Source: Nevskiales bacterium
GTDB taxonomy: Bacteria > Pseudomonadota > Gammaproteobacteria > Nevskiales > CAJXLF01
Length of the DNA: 64,000 bases
Direction of reading: 5' to 3'
Assembly: GCA_041622995.1 (NCBI GenBank)
Contig: JBFJXR010000007.1
Span: 2,482 to 66,481, forward strand
Shown: positions 10,074 to 20,318 of the stretch, in pieces
Layout of the letters: each line of letters begins with the position of its first letter
How positions within the stretch are numbered: the first letter of the stretch is position 1
The notes under the pieces: generated by a model
The model's input: the letters and a program-made list of their open reading frames with translations, nothing else
Told to the model about the DNA's origin: nothing
Databases searched by the model: none
Made by a program: the position numbers and the translations under genes

Positions 10074-10421
10074 TTAACTCATCTCAACAAACAGTTCTTC
10101 GGCTTCTACGGTAACCGGCCATGTCTTTAATGCCTTTTCTGAACGGACAGCGTTCAGCAGTTGCACACCCGGCGGAAAATTCGCCCAGTCGACGACCTCT
10201 CCCGTGCGGATATCAAAGCGAGCCCGATGCAATGGGCACTGCACACACTTGTCTTCGAGAATCTTGCCTTTTTTCATCGGCCCGAAAATATGGGTGCAAC
10301 GCGCCTGAGTGGCGAAGAACCCATCCGACAGATGAAATATCAGCACATCCTCTTCTCCTGCCTTGAGCAAGCGACTTTCACCCAGCGGTACATCACCGAC
10401 TTTACCGACAGCTATGCGCAT
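10074..10421 (-). CDS. Rieske [2Fe-2S] ferredoxin
   Basis: CTH...CPLH Rieske ligands, FDIRTG. Confidence 0.9.
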   Translation of the reverse strand: MRIAVGKVGDVPLGESRLLKAGEEDVLIFHLSDGFFATQARCTHIFGPMKKGKILEDKCVQCPLHRARFDIRTGEVVDWANFPPGVQLLNAVRSEKALKTWPVTVEAEELFVEMS

Positions 10422-10447
10422 ATCTCCCCCCTGATTCTGATTAAACG

Positions 10448-11782
10448 TTAAACGAGTCTTTCGAGCTTAACAGGCAAGCGGTCTTTGGGAATAGGCAGAC
10501 TGGTGAAGTCCTGCTCCATGACATAACCCTCGGGCACTGACCAACGGTAACGCAGCAATACCTGATGCAGGATAGCCTTCACTTCCATCTGCCCGAAATG
10601 CAGACCAATGCACTTATGCGCTCCACCACCAAACGGCACCCACAGGAAAGGGTGCTGCTTATCCTCGGCACGATCGGGGGAAAATCGCTCCGGATCAAAA
10701 CACATGGGCTCGCTCCAGTACTCTTCCATGTAGTGCGACACCCAGGGACTGATCGCAACCATATGCCCTTCGGGAATCAGATAACCCTTGTACTCGATGT
10801 CTCTGGTGGCCCGACGCGGCATCATCGGCACCGGCGCACAAAGGCGCAGTGCTTCCTTCATGACCAGATCCATGTCACCCAGAGCATCAAGGTCTGCGTA
10901 TTCAAGCGGACGAGCCCCAATTGACTGTGAGATTTCCCGTAACCGTTGCTGCCACTCTGGATGGCGTGCCAACTGGTAGATCATATTACTCAGCGTGATC
11001 GTACTGGTGTCATGGGCAGCCATCAGCACGAAGATAATATGATTGATCACGTCCTCGTCTGAAAAGAGTTCGCCATCTTCCGTACGTGCCACACACAATC
11101 TTGACAACAGATCTTCACCGGGATTACTGCGTTTGACCGGCAGCTCAGCGGTAAAGAATGCCTCCAGAACCTTGCGACCTTTAAGACCCTGATGCCAGCG
11201 CGTACCCGGGATGGGCAATCTGATCATGTCTGTACCTGCCCGAACGGTCGCAAGAAAGGCTTTATTTAACTCGTCGGTTTTAGCACCCGCCTCATGTCCG
11301 ATAAAAACTTCGCTTCCTATATTCAGCGTCATGGACTTCAGGTGGTCAAACACACTGAAACGTTCACTTGCCTGCCAGGCAGTCACATCATGCTGTATTC
11401 GAGGCTGCATGTTTTTCAGATAGCTAGTCAAAGCATCCCGCTGGAAAGCTTCCTGCATGATACGTCGATGCACCTTGTGCTCATCAAAATCCAGCAGCAT
11501 GACGCCACGGTGAAAGAAGGGCCCAATAAAATGCTCCCAGGCTGAGCTGGCAAACATGTTGTCCTTGTTCTGGAAGACAAACTGATTGGCCTCAGGCCCA
11601 AGCATTGAAATCACCTTCGTACCAAAGCCATGAAAAAGACTGACCTCACCGTAGCGACGGAAACGACCCAGCATAAAGTTATGGGCATCACGTAAATATT
11701 CGAGACTCACCCCAATGAGTGGCCAGCCTTTTTCGGTCGGCATGGGCTTGTGGTCTACTGCGATCTCGATTGTGCCGTTCAT
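10448..11782 (-). CDS. Cytochrome P450 (CYP136-like)
   Basis: I-helix AAHDT, EALR, FDPERF, heme motif PFGGGAHKCIG. Confidence 0.95.
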   Translation of the reverse strand: MNGTIEIAVDHKPMPTEKGWPLIGVSLEYLRDAHNFMLGRFRRYGEVSLFHGFGTKVISMLGPEANQFVFQNKDNMFASSAWEHFIGPFFHRGVMLLDFDEHKVHRRIMQEAFQRDALTSYLKNMQPRIQHDVTAWQASERFSVFDHLKSMTLNIGSEVFIGHEAGAKTDELNKAFLATVRAGTDMIRLPIPGTRWHQGLKGRKVLEAFFTAELPVKRSNPGEDLLSRLCVARTEDGELFSDEDVINHIIFVLMAAHDTSTITLSNMIYQLARHPEWQQRLREISQSIGARPLEYADLDALGDMDLVMKEALRLCAPVPMMPRRATRDIEYKGYLIPEGHMVAISPWVSHYMEEYWSEPMCFDPERFSPDRAEDKQHPFLWVPFGGGAHKCIGLHFGQMEVKAILHQVLLRYRWSVPEGYVMEQDFTSLPIPKDRLPVKLERLV

Positions 11783-12393
11783 GTCCTGACCTCACTGCCA
11801 ATTAATGGCCCAATGATGGTTCGCAGCATCGGCTCCACAAGATCTTCAAGCGAATGGCCGTGCACCAACTGCCCCGCCGAATGCAGCGTTAACAATCCAT
11901 GCAATGCAACCCATGCCATGTGCATCACAGTGCGTGGATCTTCCCTCACAATGCCGGCATCTACTGCCTGCTGAACAATAGCCACCAGATAATCAAACGT
12001 CGATTGACGAATCTCCAGCAACTCGGGATATCTTTCCAATGGTGGCTGATGAATAGAAAACATCAATCGATAATCCGCCGGGTTTTGTTGCACATATTTG
12101 ATAATGACGCGTGCCAGCGCATAAAGGCGGACCACCGGCCCCTGCTCATTAGAATCACCTTCGACAATGGCCAGCTTGAATCGCTCATAGCAATCAAGGC
12201 GAACTGCGGCAAATAACTCTTCCTTGTTATCAAACACCCGGTAGGGCTGGGTGTGGCTGATATTCAGATAAGATGCCAGACGACGGAAGCTCACCGCTTC
12301 GTAGCCCTCAGTCTTGTAGATATCCAAAGCGGCATCGCAAAGGCGCTGACGCATATCGACAATCTGTTTTTCGGAAAGGACTGGTCGCGCCAT
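11779..12393 (-). CDS. TetR/AcrR family regulator
   Basis: N-terminal HTH (GYEAVSFRRLA...PYRVFDNKEEL), WVALHG C-domain; 4-nt overlap with P450 start. Confidence 0.9.
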   Translation of the reverse strand: MARPVLSEKQIVDMRQRLCDAALDIYKTEGYEAVSFRRLASYLNISHTQPYRVFDNKEELFAAVRLDCYERFKLAIVEGDSNEQGPVVRLYALARVIIKYVQQNPADYRLMFSIHQPPLERYPELLEIRQSTFDYLVAIVQQAVDAGIVREDPRTVMHMAWVALHGLLTLHSAGQLVHGHSLEDLVEPMLRTIIGPLIGSEVRT

Positions 12394-12399
12394 ATTAAA

Positions 12400-12454
12400 T
12401 TTACAGTGTTTAATTAACAGTGTTATTTATACGCTCGCTAAATTAAGCTGTCAA
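12400..12454 (-). promoter_or_regulatory. Sigma70 promoter with tandem palindromic operators for the tetR-P450 operon
   Basis: TTGACA (12454-12449), 17 nt spacer, TATAAA (12431-12426); palindrome TAACAGTGTTA 12415-12425 and imperfect copy TTTACAGTGTTTA 12400-12412. Confidence 0.7.
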
Positions 12455-12503
12455 GCAACCTCAGTAACTTCATCCTGGTATTCATGGTATCGGAGTCAAT
12501 TAA

Positions 12504-12611
12504 CGTCATCCCGGCCCTGAACCGGGGGCTCTGCCAGCCTATGGAGATGCCGGGTCAAGCCCGGCATGACACCGCAGTTGTCATCGCGAGCCAGAAAGGC
12601 GCGGCGATCTC
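12504..12611. repeat. Composite palindromic repeat with GTCAT...ATGAC ends (RPE/REP-like)
   Basis: CGTCATCCCGGCCCTGAACCGGGG...GATGCCGGGTCAAGCCCGGCATGAC followed by half element TGTCATCGCGAG...GCGGCGATCTC. Confidence 0.7.
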
Positions 12612-12679
12612 CTGTTTCTTCAAACCCTATTAGCCAGTACCATGCCCTATAAACACAAAACCATGTGTCGGGGAGCGCC

Positions 12680-13918
12680 ATGGAATTCAATCTGAACAAC
12701 ATCCTGGCAGACGTTCAGGAAAACTGGTGGCTGTACTGCCTGCTGCCGGTCGTCGCTGCACTGATTGGCTACACCACCAAAATCGCAGCCATTCAGATGA
12801 TGTTTTACCCACTGAAGTTCGTGGGTATTCGGCCCTTTGGCTGGCAGGGTGTCGTACCCGCCCGCGCCGAGGCGATGGCGAATATAGCCTGTGACACGTT
12901 GACGCGTGACTTGCTAAAACCCGAAGAACTTTTCGAGCGCCTTGATCCGGCCCGTGTCGCTGAGGAAATCGAAGGCCCCTTGCTGGAAATGGTCGAGGAC
13001 ATCACGCGTGAAGTGATGGCTGCCTATCAGCCGGGTCTTTGGGAGTCACTGCCGGAAAGAGTCAAAAAACTGCTGATCAAGCGTGTGCAGGATGATGCGC
13101 CGCGAATGATTGAAGACATCATGTCGGATGTGAGGAACAATCTGGACAAGGTGTTTGATCTGCGCGAGCTGGTCGTGACCAATCTCACCCGTGATATCGT
13201 ACTGCTCAACCGCATGTTTCAGGATGTTGCCGCTGAAGAGTTCAGGTTCATCCGCAACTCAGGCATCTATTTCGGTTTTGCCATCGGTTGTGTGCAGGCG
13301 GTGGTATGGGCACTCACCCACAATCCCTGGGTCATGCCGATCTTCGGTGGTCTCACCGGTTGGCTGACGGACTGGCTGGCGCTGAAGCTGATCTTTGAAC
13401 CCCGCGAAGAAAAGAAAGTTTTCGGCCTGTTTAAATGGCAGGGCATGTTCATGAAACGGCGTGATGAAGTCGCTGTGGATTATGGCGGCATCATTGCCGA
13501 CGAAATCCTCACCCCCGCAAATATCGTGGATTCCATTCTCACCGGCCCCATGTCAGATCGCTTAATCAGCATGGTGCAGAAACATGTGCAGCGCTCCGTC
13601 GATGAACAGGCCGGCATTGCCAAGCCCCTGATGGTCTACAAAATTGGTAGCCGCAACTACCAGGAAATGAAAAAGGTTGTCGCCGACCGGGTTATGGACA
13701 GAGCGCCGGAAGCCCTTCATCACATCGAGGAATATGCCACTGACGCGATGGATTTGAAGAACACCATTATCGAGAAAGTAAAAGCTTTGTCCGATGATGA
13801 TTTCGAAGGTCTGCTGCGCCCGATCTTCAAACAGGAAGAATGGAAGCTGATTGCCGTGGGAGCCGTGCTTGGCTTCCTGGTCGGCGAATTGCAAGTGCAG
13901 ATCATGCTGAGCAACTAA
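12680..13918 (+). CDS. DUF445 family membrane protein
   Basis: AALIGYTTKIAAIQMMFYP..WQGVVP and its repeat GWLTDWLALKLIFEP..WQGMF; C-terminal LIAVGAVLGFLVG; GGGAG RBS before ATG 12680. Confidence 0.8.
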   Translation: MEFNLNNILADVQENWWLYCLLPVVAALIGYTTKIAAIQMMFYPLKFVGIRPFGWQGVVPARAEAMANIACDTLTRDLLKPEELFERLDPARVAEEIEGPLLEMVEDITREVMAAYQPGLWESLPERVKKLLIKRVQDDAPRMIEDIMSDVRNNLDKVFDLRELVVTNLTRDIVLLNRMFQDVAAEEFRFIRNSGIYFGFAIGCVQAVVWALTHNPWVMPIFGGLTGWLTDWLALKLIFEPREEKKVFGLFKWQGMFMKRRDEVAVDYGGIIADEILTPANIVDSILTGPMSDRLISMVQKHVQRSVDEQAGIAKPLMVYKIGSRNYQEMKKVVADRVMDRAPEALHHIEEYATDAMDLKNTIIEKVKALSDDDFEGLLRPIFKQEEWKLIAVGAVLGFLVGELQVQIMLSN

Positions 13919-13965
13919 AGCTGTAATATAGCCAGTCATTATTGATGCTATTCAGGAGAGCATCC

Positions 13966-16356
13966 ATGCGATTTGGTCAGACCACCCCGGCACTATTGCC
14001 TTGTCTATTACTTACTTTTCTTACTGCCTGCGGAGGTAACTCAGGCTCTGGTAGTCCCGGAGCGAGCACGGGTAACCCTGTCGCCGCAGAAACAAGCTGT
14101 CTCGCCCAGAGTCCCTGGCTTGCTTATGGCGAAGGGCTACATGCCAGCTCATCCAGTAGCGTTCCACCCCCCGCATCAACTGGACAGGTCGGATCAATAG
14201 CCCAGTGCAACGGCAATACTGAATTCCAGTTTGGCGCGGCCAAAACCGATATCACCGGCCCCGCCGGTGGCAAGATCCACATGGGCAACGAAAGCCCGGA
14301 AAACTATTCCACCGGCATTCATATCCGTCAATACGCCCGCAGCTTTGTTGTCGCTTCGCCCTGTAACGGCAAACGCGTGGTGATGGCGATTACCGATACC
14401 GGCATGTTATTCGAGTCTGTTCGCAAAGCAGTACTGGACCTTATCGCAGCTGACCCTGACCTCGGTCCGCTCTACAACGAAAACAACGTCATGATGAGCG
14501 CCACGCATACGCACTCCACACCGGGCGGACAGGCCCACTACACTGCCTACAATGCCTTGCGGCTGGGCCATGATCCCCAGACATTCGCGATCACTGTCGA
14601 AGGTCTGTTCAGATCCATCAAGCAGGCACATGACAACCTCGAAGCCACACCGCAAAGCGGCAGCATCGCCATGAATCTGGGCGAACTCACGGGCGCCAAC
14701 AAATCGCGCGCCATTCCGGCCTACATGCAAAATCCAGAAGACGAGCGTAGCCAATATCTGGACAGTGTGGGCAATGATGTCACCACCCCACGCCTGATGA
14801 CCCTGCTCAGGTTCCGGCGGAACGATGGCACGGAAATCGGCAGCATGAACTGGTTTGCCGTACATCCGACATCGGATGCCTTGTCGGAATACGGCCTCGG
14901 CGCCATACCCATCAGCGGTGACAACAAGGGCTATGCAGCCTATCTGTTTGAACGGTATATGCAAACCGCCAATCCCGGCTTTGTCTCCAGCTTCATGCAG
15001 TCGGATGAAGGCGATGCATTTACCCAGATGTGGTTCGATAACGACGAAAAACGTGCCGAGCAGGAGGTCTTTTTGCCACCCAACGAACCGAGCCCTGTTA
15101 CCGTAGCCAATGGTCAGAAACAATTACTCAGAGCTCTGACACTCTTTGCCGATGCAAACTCGTCGCTAAGCGGCCCGGTCGATTACCGCTTCGGATATGT
15201 ACAGATGGATCAGGTCGAAGTCACTGATCCTGTCGTCCTTGCTTCCCTGCGACATAAAGAAGAACTCGATGCCAATCCAAAGCGCACCTGCAACCCCACC
15301 ATGGGTGTATCTTTCCCTGCGGCCGGACACGGAGCACAGCCGGGTGAACCCGGCCAGTTCACCGAAGCCGGTGTCACCTGCAAGGATCCGGATTACGCAC
15401 AGTTGGTTGCTGATGAATTTCGACAGGGTTCAGGCGGTAACGTACCGACTAATCTGTTCGCTGCATCTGTCGGTTGCAATGCCGGCGAATTACCTGGCCA
15501 GAACCTTGAGTGCCATGCAGAAAAACCGATCCTGTTTATCTTCGGCCCTCCGGCGAATGCCTCTGCAACCGTGGTGCCTTTCCAGTTATTCCGGGTAGGC
15601 AACCTTGCTGTGGTGGGCTTGCCCTGGGAAATCACCACCATGGCCGGTCGCCGAATTCGCGACACACTCATTGACGTACTCAAGAATGACGGCGTAGACC
15701 ATGTCGTTATTACAGGTCTGGCGAATGACTATGTGAGTTACCTCACCACACGTGAAGAATACGCTTTGCAAATGTATGAAGCCGCCTCGAATCAATTTGG
15801 CCCCTGGTCGCTGGCAGCCGTACAGCAGGAAACCCGTCGTCTGGCGCTGGACATGGTGGCAGGCAATGTCACGCAGGGTGGCCCGGTACCTCCGGTCACT
15901 TCACCACAACTGATTCAGGCCCTTCCCCCTCAGGGCACCGATCTGGCACCTCCGGGGTCGGATTTTGGCACCGTGACGACACAGCCTGAAACCAGCTATA
16001 CAGCCGGAGACACCATGCGTACCGTTTTTCAGGCCTCCAGTCCTAACAGCGACCTGAAAACAGACAGCAGCTTCCTTTTTATTGAACGCAAGCTTGGTGA
16101 TGAAAGCTGGGCGGTAATAGCAGAGGATGCTGATCCGGAAACGAGTTTCGTCTGGCATTCGGATACACCCGAACCGCAGGCAAATGCCACCACGACCTCG
16201 ACAGCTGAAATTCTCTGGCGTATTCCTCGTAATACTGAAGCAGGCACTTATCGGGTTCGATTCTCAGGCGTGAGCAATCAGTCGATGGTACTGACGGATT
16301 ACGAAGGTATCTCAGAGGAATTCTCTGTATCAGGCCCAGTATCCAACTGCCCCTGA
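13966..16356 (+). CDS. Neutral/alkaline ceramidase family lipoprotein
   Basis: Lipobox LTAC; DITGP, ATHTHS, WFAVH, DNKGYAAY, PWEITTMAGRR, YLTTREEY..QMYEAAS, Ig-like C-domain; AGGAG RBS before ATG 13966. Confidence 0.88.
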   Translation: MRFGQTTPALLPCLLLTFLTACGGNSGSGSPGASTGNPVAAETSCLAQSPWLAYGEGLHASSSSSVPPPASTGQVGSIAQCNGNTEFQFGAAKTDITGPAGGKIHMGNESPENYSTGIHIRQYARSFVVASPCNGKRVVMAITDTGMLFESVRKAVLDLIAADPDLGPLYNENNVMMSATHTHSTPGGQAHYTAYNALRLGHDPQTFAITVEGLFRSIKQAHDNLEATPQSGSIAMNLGELTGANKSRAIPAYMQNPEDERSQYLDSVGNDVTTPRLMTLLRFRRNDGTEIGSMNWFAVHPTSDALSEYGLGAIPISGDNKGYAAYLFERYMQTANPGFVSSFMQSDEGDAFTQMWFDNDEKRAEQEVFLPPNEPSPVTVANGQKQLLRALTLFADANSSLSGPVDYRFGYVQMDQVEVTDPVVLASLRHKEELDANPKRTCNPTMGVSFPAAGHGAQPGEPGQFTEAGVTCKDPDYAQLVADEFRQGSGGNVPTNLFAASVGCNAGELPGQNLECHAEKPILFIFGPPANASATVVPFQLFRVGNLAVVGLPWEITTMAGRRIRDTLIDVLKNDGVDHVVITGLANDYVSYLTTREEYALQMYEAASNQFGPWSLAAVQQETRRLALDMVAGNVTQGGPVPPVTSPQLIQALPPQGTDLAPPGSDFGTVTTQPETSYTAGDTMRTVFQASSPNSDLKTDSSFLFIERKLGDESWAVIAEDADPETSFVWHSDTPEPQANATTTSTAEILWRIPRNTEAGTYRVRFSGVSNQSMVLTDYEGISEEFSVSGPVSNCP

Positions 16357-16378
16357 TGTCAGCAAAACCTGACTCTAC

Positions 16379-17170
16379 TCAGGATTTGTTAAAGGCAGGC
16401 TTACGTTTTTCCAGAAAAGCCATAATGCCTTCCTGCTGGTCCGGTGTACCCATGGTCGCCAATACTGCCTGTCGCTCATCGGCGATGGATTCTGTCAGTG
16501 TTTTACCTTCGGCGCCGACAATACAACGTAGCATCTCGGCTATTGCAACGACCGGCATGGACGCCAGTTCCTGGGCCAGCTCTTGCGCCTTGTCGAATAA
16601 CTGACCAATTGGCCAGACCTCATTGACCAGACCGATACGCAAGGCCTCGGGGCCACTAATCTTCTTCGCCCGAAGGATCATGTCCAGGGCATGATCTCTT
16701 CCCACGCATCGAGTAAGCCGGGCACTGCCGCCCCAGGCCGGCACCGTGCCGAGATCCATTTCCGGCAGTCCGATCATTGCACCCTCTTTTGCGGCCAGTC
16801 TGAAATGACACGCCAGTGGCAGCTCCAGCCCACCGCCCAGACAATAACCATTCAAGACCGCAATCACCGGTTTGTTAAGATTTTCAATAGCAGCCAATAC
16901 TCGCAGGCGCTGATCAAAAACTGCCTCGGCACTGCCCATTTTTGAAATCCCGACTGGCAGTTGCCTGAGATCCATTCCGACAGAGAAGTTGTCCTCTCCG
17001 GCACCACGAATAACAACTGCGCGAACCGTCGAATCTCCGGCCAGACGTTTCACTTCCTGCTCCAGCGCGTCCATGAACTCCAGGCTCATGCGATTACGCG
17101 GGGCATCGTTAATCGAGATGGTTTCTACTGCACCATGCTGTTCAATCAATATTGCAGCTTCGCTATTCAT
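16379..17170 (-). CDS. Enoyl-CoA hydratase/isomerase
   Basis: FSVGMDL, GYCLGGGLEL, GLPEMDLG..PAWGG, AFLEKRKP. Confidence 0.9.
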   Translation of the reverse strand: MNSEAAILIEQHGAVETISINDAPRNRMSLEFMDALEQEVKRLAGDSTVRAVVIRGAGEDNFSVGMDLRQLPVGISKMGSAEAVFDQRLRVLAAIENLNKPVIAVLNGYCLGGGLELPLACHFRLAAKEGAMIGLPEMDLGTVPAWGGSARLTRCVGRDHALDMILRAKKISGPEALRIGLVNEVWPIGQLFDKAQELAQELASMPVVAIAEMLRCIVGAEGKTLTESIADERQAVLATMGTPDQQEGIMAFLEKRKPAFNKS

Positions 17171-17847
17171 TCTGATTCCTGTTTCAAACTGCGGTTCATG
17201 ACCGCCGCTTCTTTCGGATTGGGTTCCCGGGCAAACAACATGCGGAAACTGAAGTTTACAAACGCGACCAGCAATTGCTGTCGACGTTTATCATCAATCT
17301 GATTGGAGGCAATTTCCAGTGCAGTATTGAAACACATACGTGTTAACAGCCAGGCGTCTACCTCCGGGCTGGACATCCGAATACGCTTATCATCTTTCAT
17401 AGCAAACTGTATGACGGTGACCGCTGAGGCCATAGCGGCCTGGGTACTGGGCAGCGTGGAAACAAACGGCACCTCCAGCATCAGGGTACTGAGCAGACCG
17501 CGACTTGCCTGAACCTTGCTTACTCCCCAGCAAATCATGTGAGCCACCATTTCTGCCTCGGATTCTGCTTTGGTCAGTTTTATCTCTTCCGCTATTGCAG
17601 CGATGTAGCTCGATAGCTCTCTTTCGGCCAATACCGCAATGATGGACTCCTTGTTAGGAAAGTACTCATACAGGCTGGCGATATTCACACCAGCCTTCTC
17701 GGCAATTCGATTTGTGGTCGCTGCAGCAAAACCTTCCTCAATCAAAACCCAAGCAGATGCTTGAATAATGGCATCAAAAGTCGCCCTTGAACGGGCCTGC
17801 CTGGGTTGTTTTTTCACCGAATAATCAGTGATATATGAACTTTTCAC
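17167..17847 (-). CDS. TetR family regulator
   Basis: PRQARSRAT...TTNRIAEKAGVNIASLYEYFPNKESI. Confidence 0.88.
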   Translation of the reverse strand: MKSSYITDYSVKKQPRQARSRATFDAIIQASAWVLIEEGFAAATTNRIAEKAGVNIASLYEYFPNKESIIAVLAERELSSYIAAIAEEIKLTKAESEAEMVAHMICWGVSKVQASRGLLSTLMLEVPFVSTLPSTQAAMASAVTVIQFAMKDDKRIRMSSPEVDAWLLTRMCFNTALEIASNQIDDKRRQQLLVAFVNFSFRMLFAREPNPKEAAVMNRSLKQESE

Positions 17848-17946
17848 GCCTCAACATCCCCTTTTCACTGAATGCTTATGTATCCAAGTATATTCAAGTT
17901 ATTACTTGGATTATAGTAGATGACATTATTATTCGAGATTTCAGCC

Positions 17947-20316
17947 ATGTATCGTCTGCTTGAAAAACTGAGCGCCGCCGCCATTCGCCATCCCGTGGCC
18001 TGCATCATTGCCTGGCTCATTGCCACCGGCATAGGCGCCTCGGCCATGCCCTACCTGAATGTGGACGCTTCCTACCGCTCCTTCTTCGCCCCCGGTGACC
18101 CGCTGGTTGAGCGGCTGGATGAGATGCAGGCGAATTACAGCACGGGCGACTCCGTCATCCTGCTGGTAAAAAAGCAGAACGGCAGCCTGATCAATCATCA
18201 GGGCCTCACTGCAATCGAAAAACTCACGGCAGCGGCATGGAAGCTGCCAAAGTCCATGCGGGTGGATTCGCTCAGCAACTTCCCCTATTCACGCAGCTCT
18301 GGTGATGACCTGCATGTTGCAGAATTCATTAAGGACGCAGCAAACCTGACTGCTGACCAGATCGAGCAGATCAAAAAAGACATCGAAGCGGAGCCTTTAC
18401 TTATTGACCGGTTGATTACCAAGGACGGCCATGCCTCACTGGTCGTTGTGACCTTCACCGATGAAACCGGTAAGTCACTCAAGGTCAATCAGGAAATTTA
18501 TACAGCCGCGTTAGCGCTTCGGGAAGAGATGAACAACCGCTTCCCTGGCATCACTTTTCACGTAACTGGTGTGGTACCCGGTAATGCTGCGTTTACCAAT
18601 GCAGCTACCGCAGATGGACAGATACTGATCCCGCTTTCACTATTCTGTGCCCTTCTCGCCATGTTTATTTATCTCTGGTACGAGAGTGGCCGTCTGGCTA
18701 CTGCAGGCAAAAGCCTGCTGGCCGCCTTCGCCGTAATCAATGCTGCCGTACTGATTCCCATGGGCCTGATGAGCTGGCTTGGCATCTCTGCCAACAATGT
18801 CACCAGCATTATTCCCATTGTTATACTTACACTGGCGGTGGCAGATTCCCTGCATATCCTGGTGACTTATTACCAGCGTTTGCAGGCCGGAGAATCCAGT
18901 CAAGATGCACTTAGAGAAAGCCTGCGCCTCAATGCCGAAGCGGTCTGGCTGACCAGCGCTACCACCATGATGGGCTTTATGACCCTGAACTTCAGTGAGT
19001 CACCGCCTTTTCAACAGATGGGTAATCTTGTTGCTTTAGGTGTCTTCACCGCATGGCTTTCAGCCATTACTTTGCTACCCGCAGTAGTTACGCTGCTCCC
19101 GGCCGGAGTCTCGAAGAAAGCCCGCGTGCGTATCGATCCAATGCCCGGTCTGGCGGCATGGGTGATCCGCCATTACAAACTGATTCTGGTCAGCGGCTTT
19201 GTCAGCCTGATCGTTGGCGCTTCCTGCATACCCCTGAATCGCCTCAATGATTCATGGTCAACCTACCTCTCCAAACGTACCGACTTCCGTACCGACACCA
19301 TGGAACTGATGGAAAGTTTCGACGACATCAATGAGATCGAATACGACCTGTACACCGGCAAGGAAAATGGCATTTACGACCCTGCTTATCTCGCCAAAGT
19401 GTCAGACTTTGTGGCATGGCTTGAAGCCCAACCTGAAGTGCGTTTTGTGCAAGCCATCGACATGACCCTGAAACGCCTGAACAAGAATATGCATGGCGAT
19501 GATCCGGCCTATTACCGCATGCCGGAGACCCAGGCAGAAGCCGCACAGTATCTGTTGCTCTATGAAATGTCGCTACCCTATGGCGCCTCGTTGACCAATG
19601 AAATTCGCATCAACAAATCAGGCACCCGTCTGGTCGTGGGACTCAGGAATGGTGACACCGCCTATCACCTGAACATGCAGGCCCGTATCAGTGACTGGCT
19701 AGAAACCAATGCCCCCGAACTCTGGCATCCGGGTACCAGCACGCCAACTATCATGGCCAACCTCGCTACCCGGGATGCCATCGGCATGCTCTGGGGCACT
19801 GCACTCGCTCTGCTTGTTATCACCCTGGCGATTACCATCGTATTCCGCTCTGTGGGTTATGGCCTGCTGAGTTTCCTGGTGAATGCCATGCCGGCCACCA
19901 TGGCACTGGGACTTTGGGGTGCGGTGAATGGTCAGGTAGGACTGAGCGTTTCCATGGTATTTGCAGCGAGTCTGGGTATTGTGGTCGATTACTGCGTTCA
20001 CTTCATCAGTAAATACCGGCGCGCCAAACTGGAGAAGAGTTTCTCTTACGAACAGGCGATTGAATATGCCTTTAGTACAGTGGGTGTTGCCCTGCTGGTG
20101 ACCACGGCTGTGCTTTGTATCAACTTCGGCATCCTGGGCTTTTCCGAGTTTCGCCTGAATGTTTATCTGGGCGTCTTGACTGCAATCACCATTATTCTGG
20201 CACTGCTCAGCCAGCTGTTCTTCCTGCCATCACTACTGATCGCGAGTGCAAGGTTCAGAGGCAGAAAAGAAAAAGCCCCCGCCATAGCGGAGGCTTCATC
20301 GGATACAGTTAGCTAA
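17947..20316 (+). CDS. MMPL/RND family lipid transporter (paralogue 1)
   Basis: Two-fold repeated TM bundles, LAVADSLH and GIVVDYCVHF, LNKNMHGDDP..AAQYLLLYEMSLPYG; alternative start 17920. Confidence 0.85.
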   Translation: MYRLLEKLSAAAIRHPVACIIAWLIATGIGASAMPYLNVDASYRSFFAPGDPLVERLDEMQANYSTGDSVILLVKKQNGSLINHQGLTAIEKLTAAAWKLPKSMRVDSLSNFPYSRSSGDDLHVAEFIKDAANLTADQIEQIKKDIEAEPLLIDRLITKDGHASLVVVTFTDETGKSLKVNQEIYTAALALREEMNNRFPGITFHVTGVVPGNAAFTNAATADGQILIPLSLFCALLAMFIYLWYESGRLATAGKSLLAAFAVINAAVLIPMGLMSWLGISANNVTSIIPIVILTLAVADSLHILVTYYQRLQAGESSQDALRESLRLNAEAVWLTSATTMMGFMTLNFSESPPFQQMGNLVALGVFTAWLSAITLLPAVVTLLPAGVSKKARVRIDPMPGLAAWVIRHYKLILVSGFVSLIVGASCIPLNRLNDSWSTYLSKRTDFRTDTMELMESFDDINEIEYDLYTGKENGIYDPAYLAKVSDFVAWLEAQPEVRFVQAIDMTLKRLNKNMHGDDPAYYRMPETQAEAAQYLLLYEMSLPYGASLTNEIRINKSGTRLVVGLRNGDTAYHLNMQARISDWLETNAPELWHPGTSTPTIMANLATRDAIGMLWGTALALLVITLAITIVFRSVGYGLLSFLVNAMPATMALGLWGAVNGQVGLSVSMVFAASLGIVVDYCVHFISKYRRAKLEKSFSYEQAIEYAFSTVGVALLVTTAVLCINFGILGFSEFRLNVYLGVLTAITIILALLSQLFFLPSLLIASARFRGRKEKAPAIAEASSDTVS

Positions 20317-20318
20317 GC

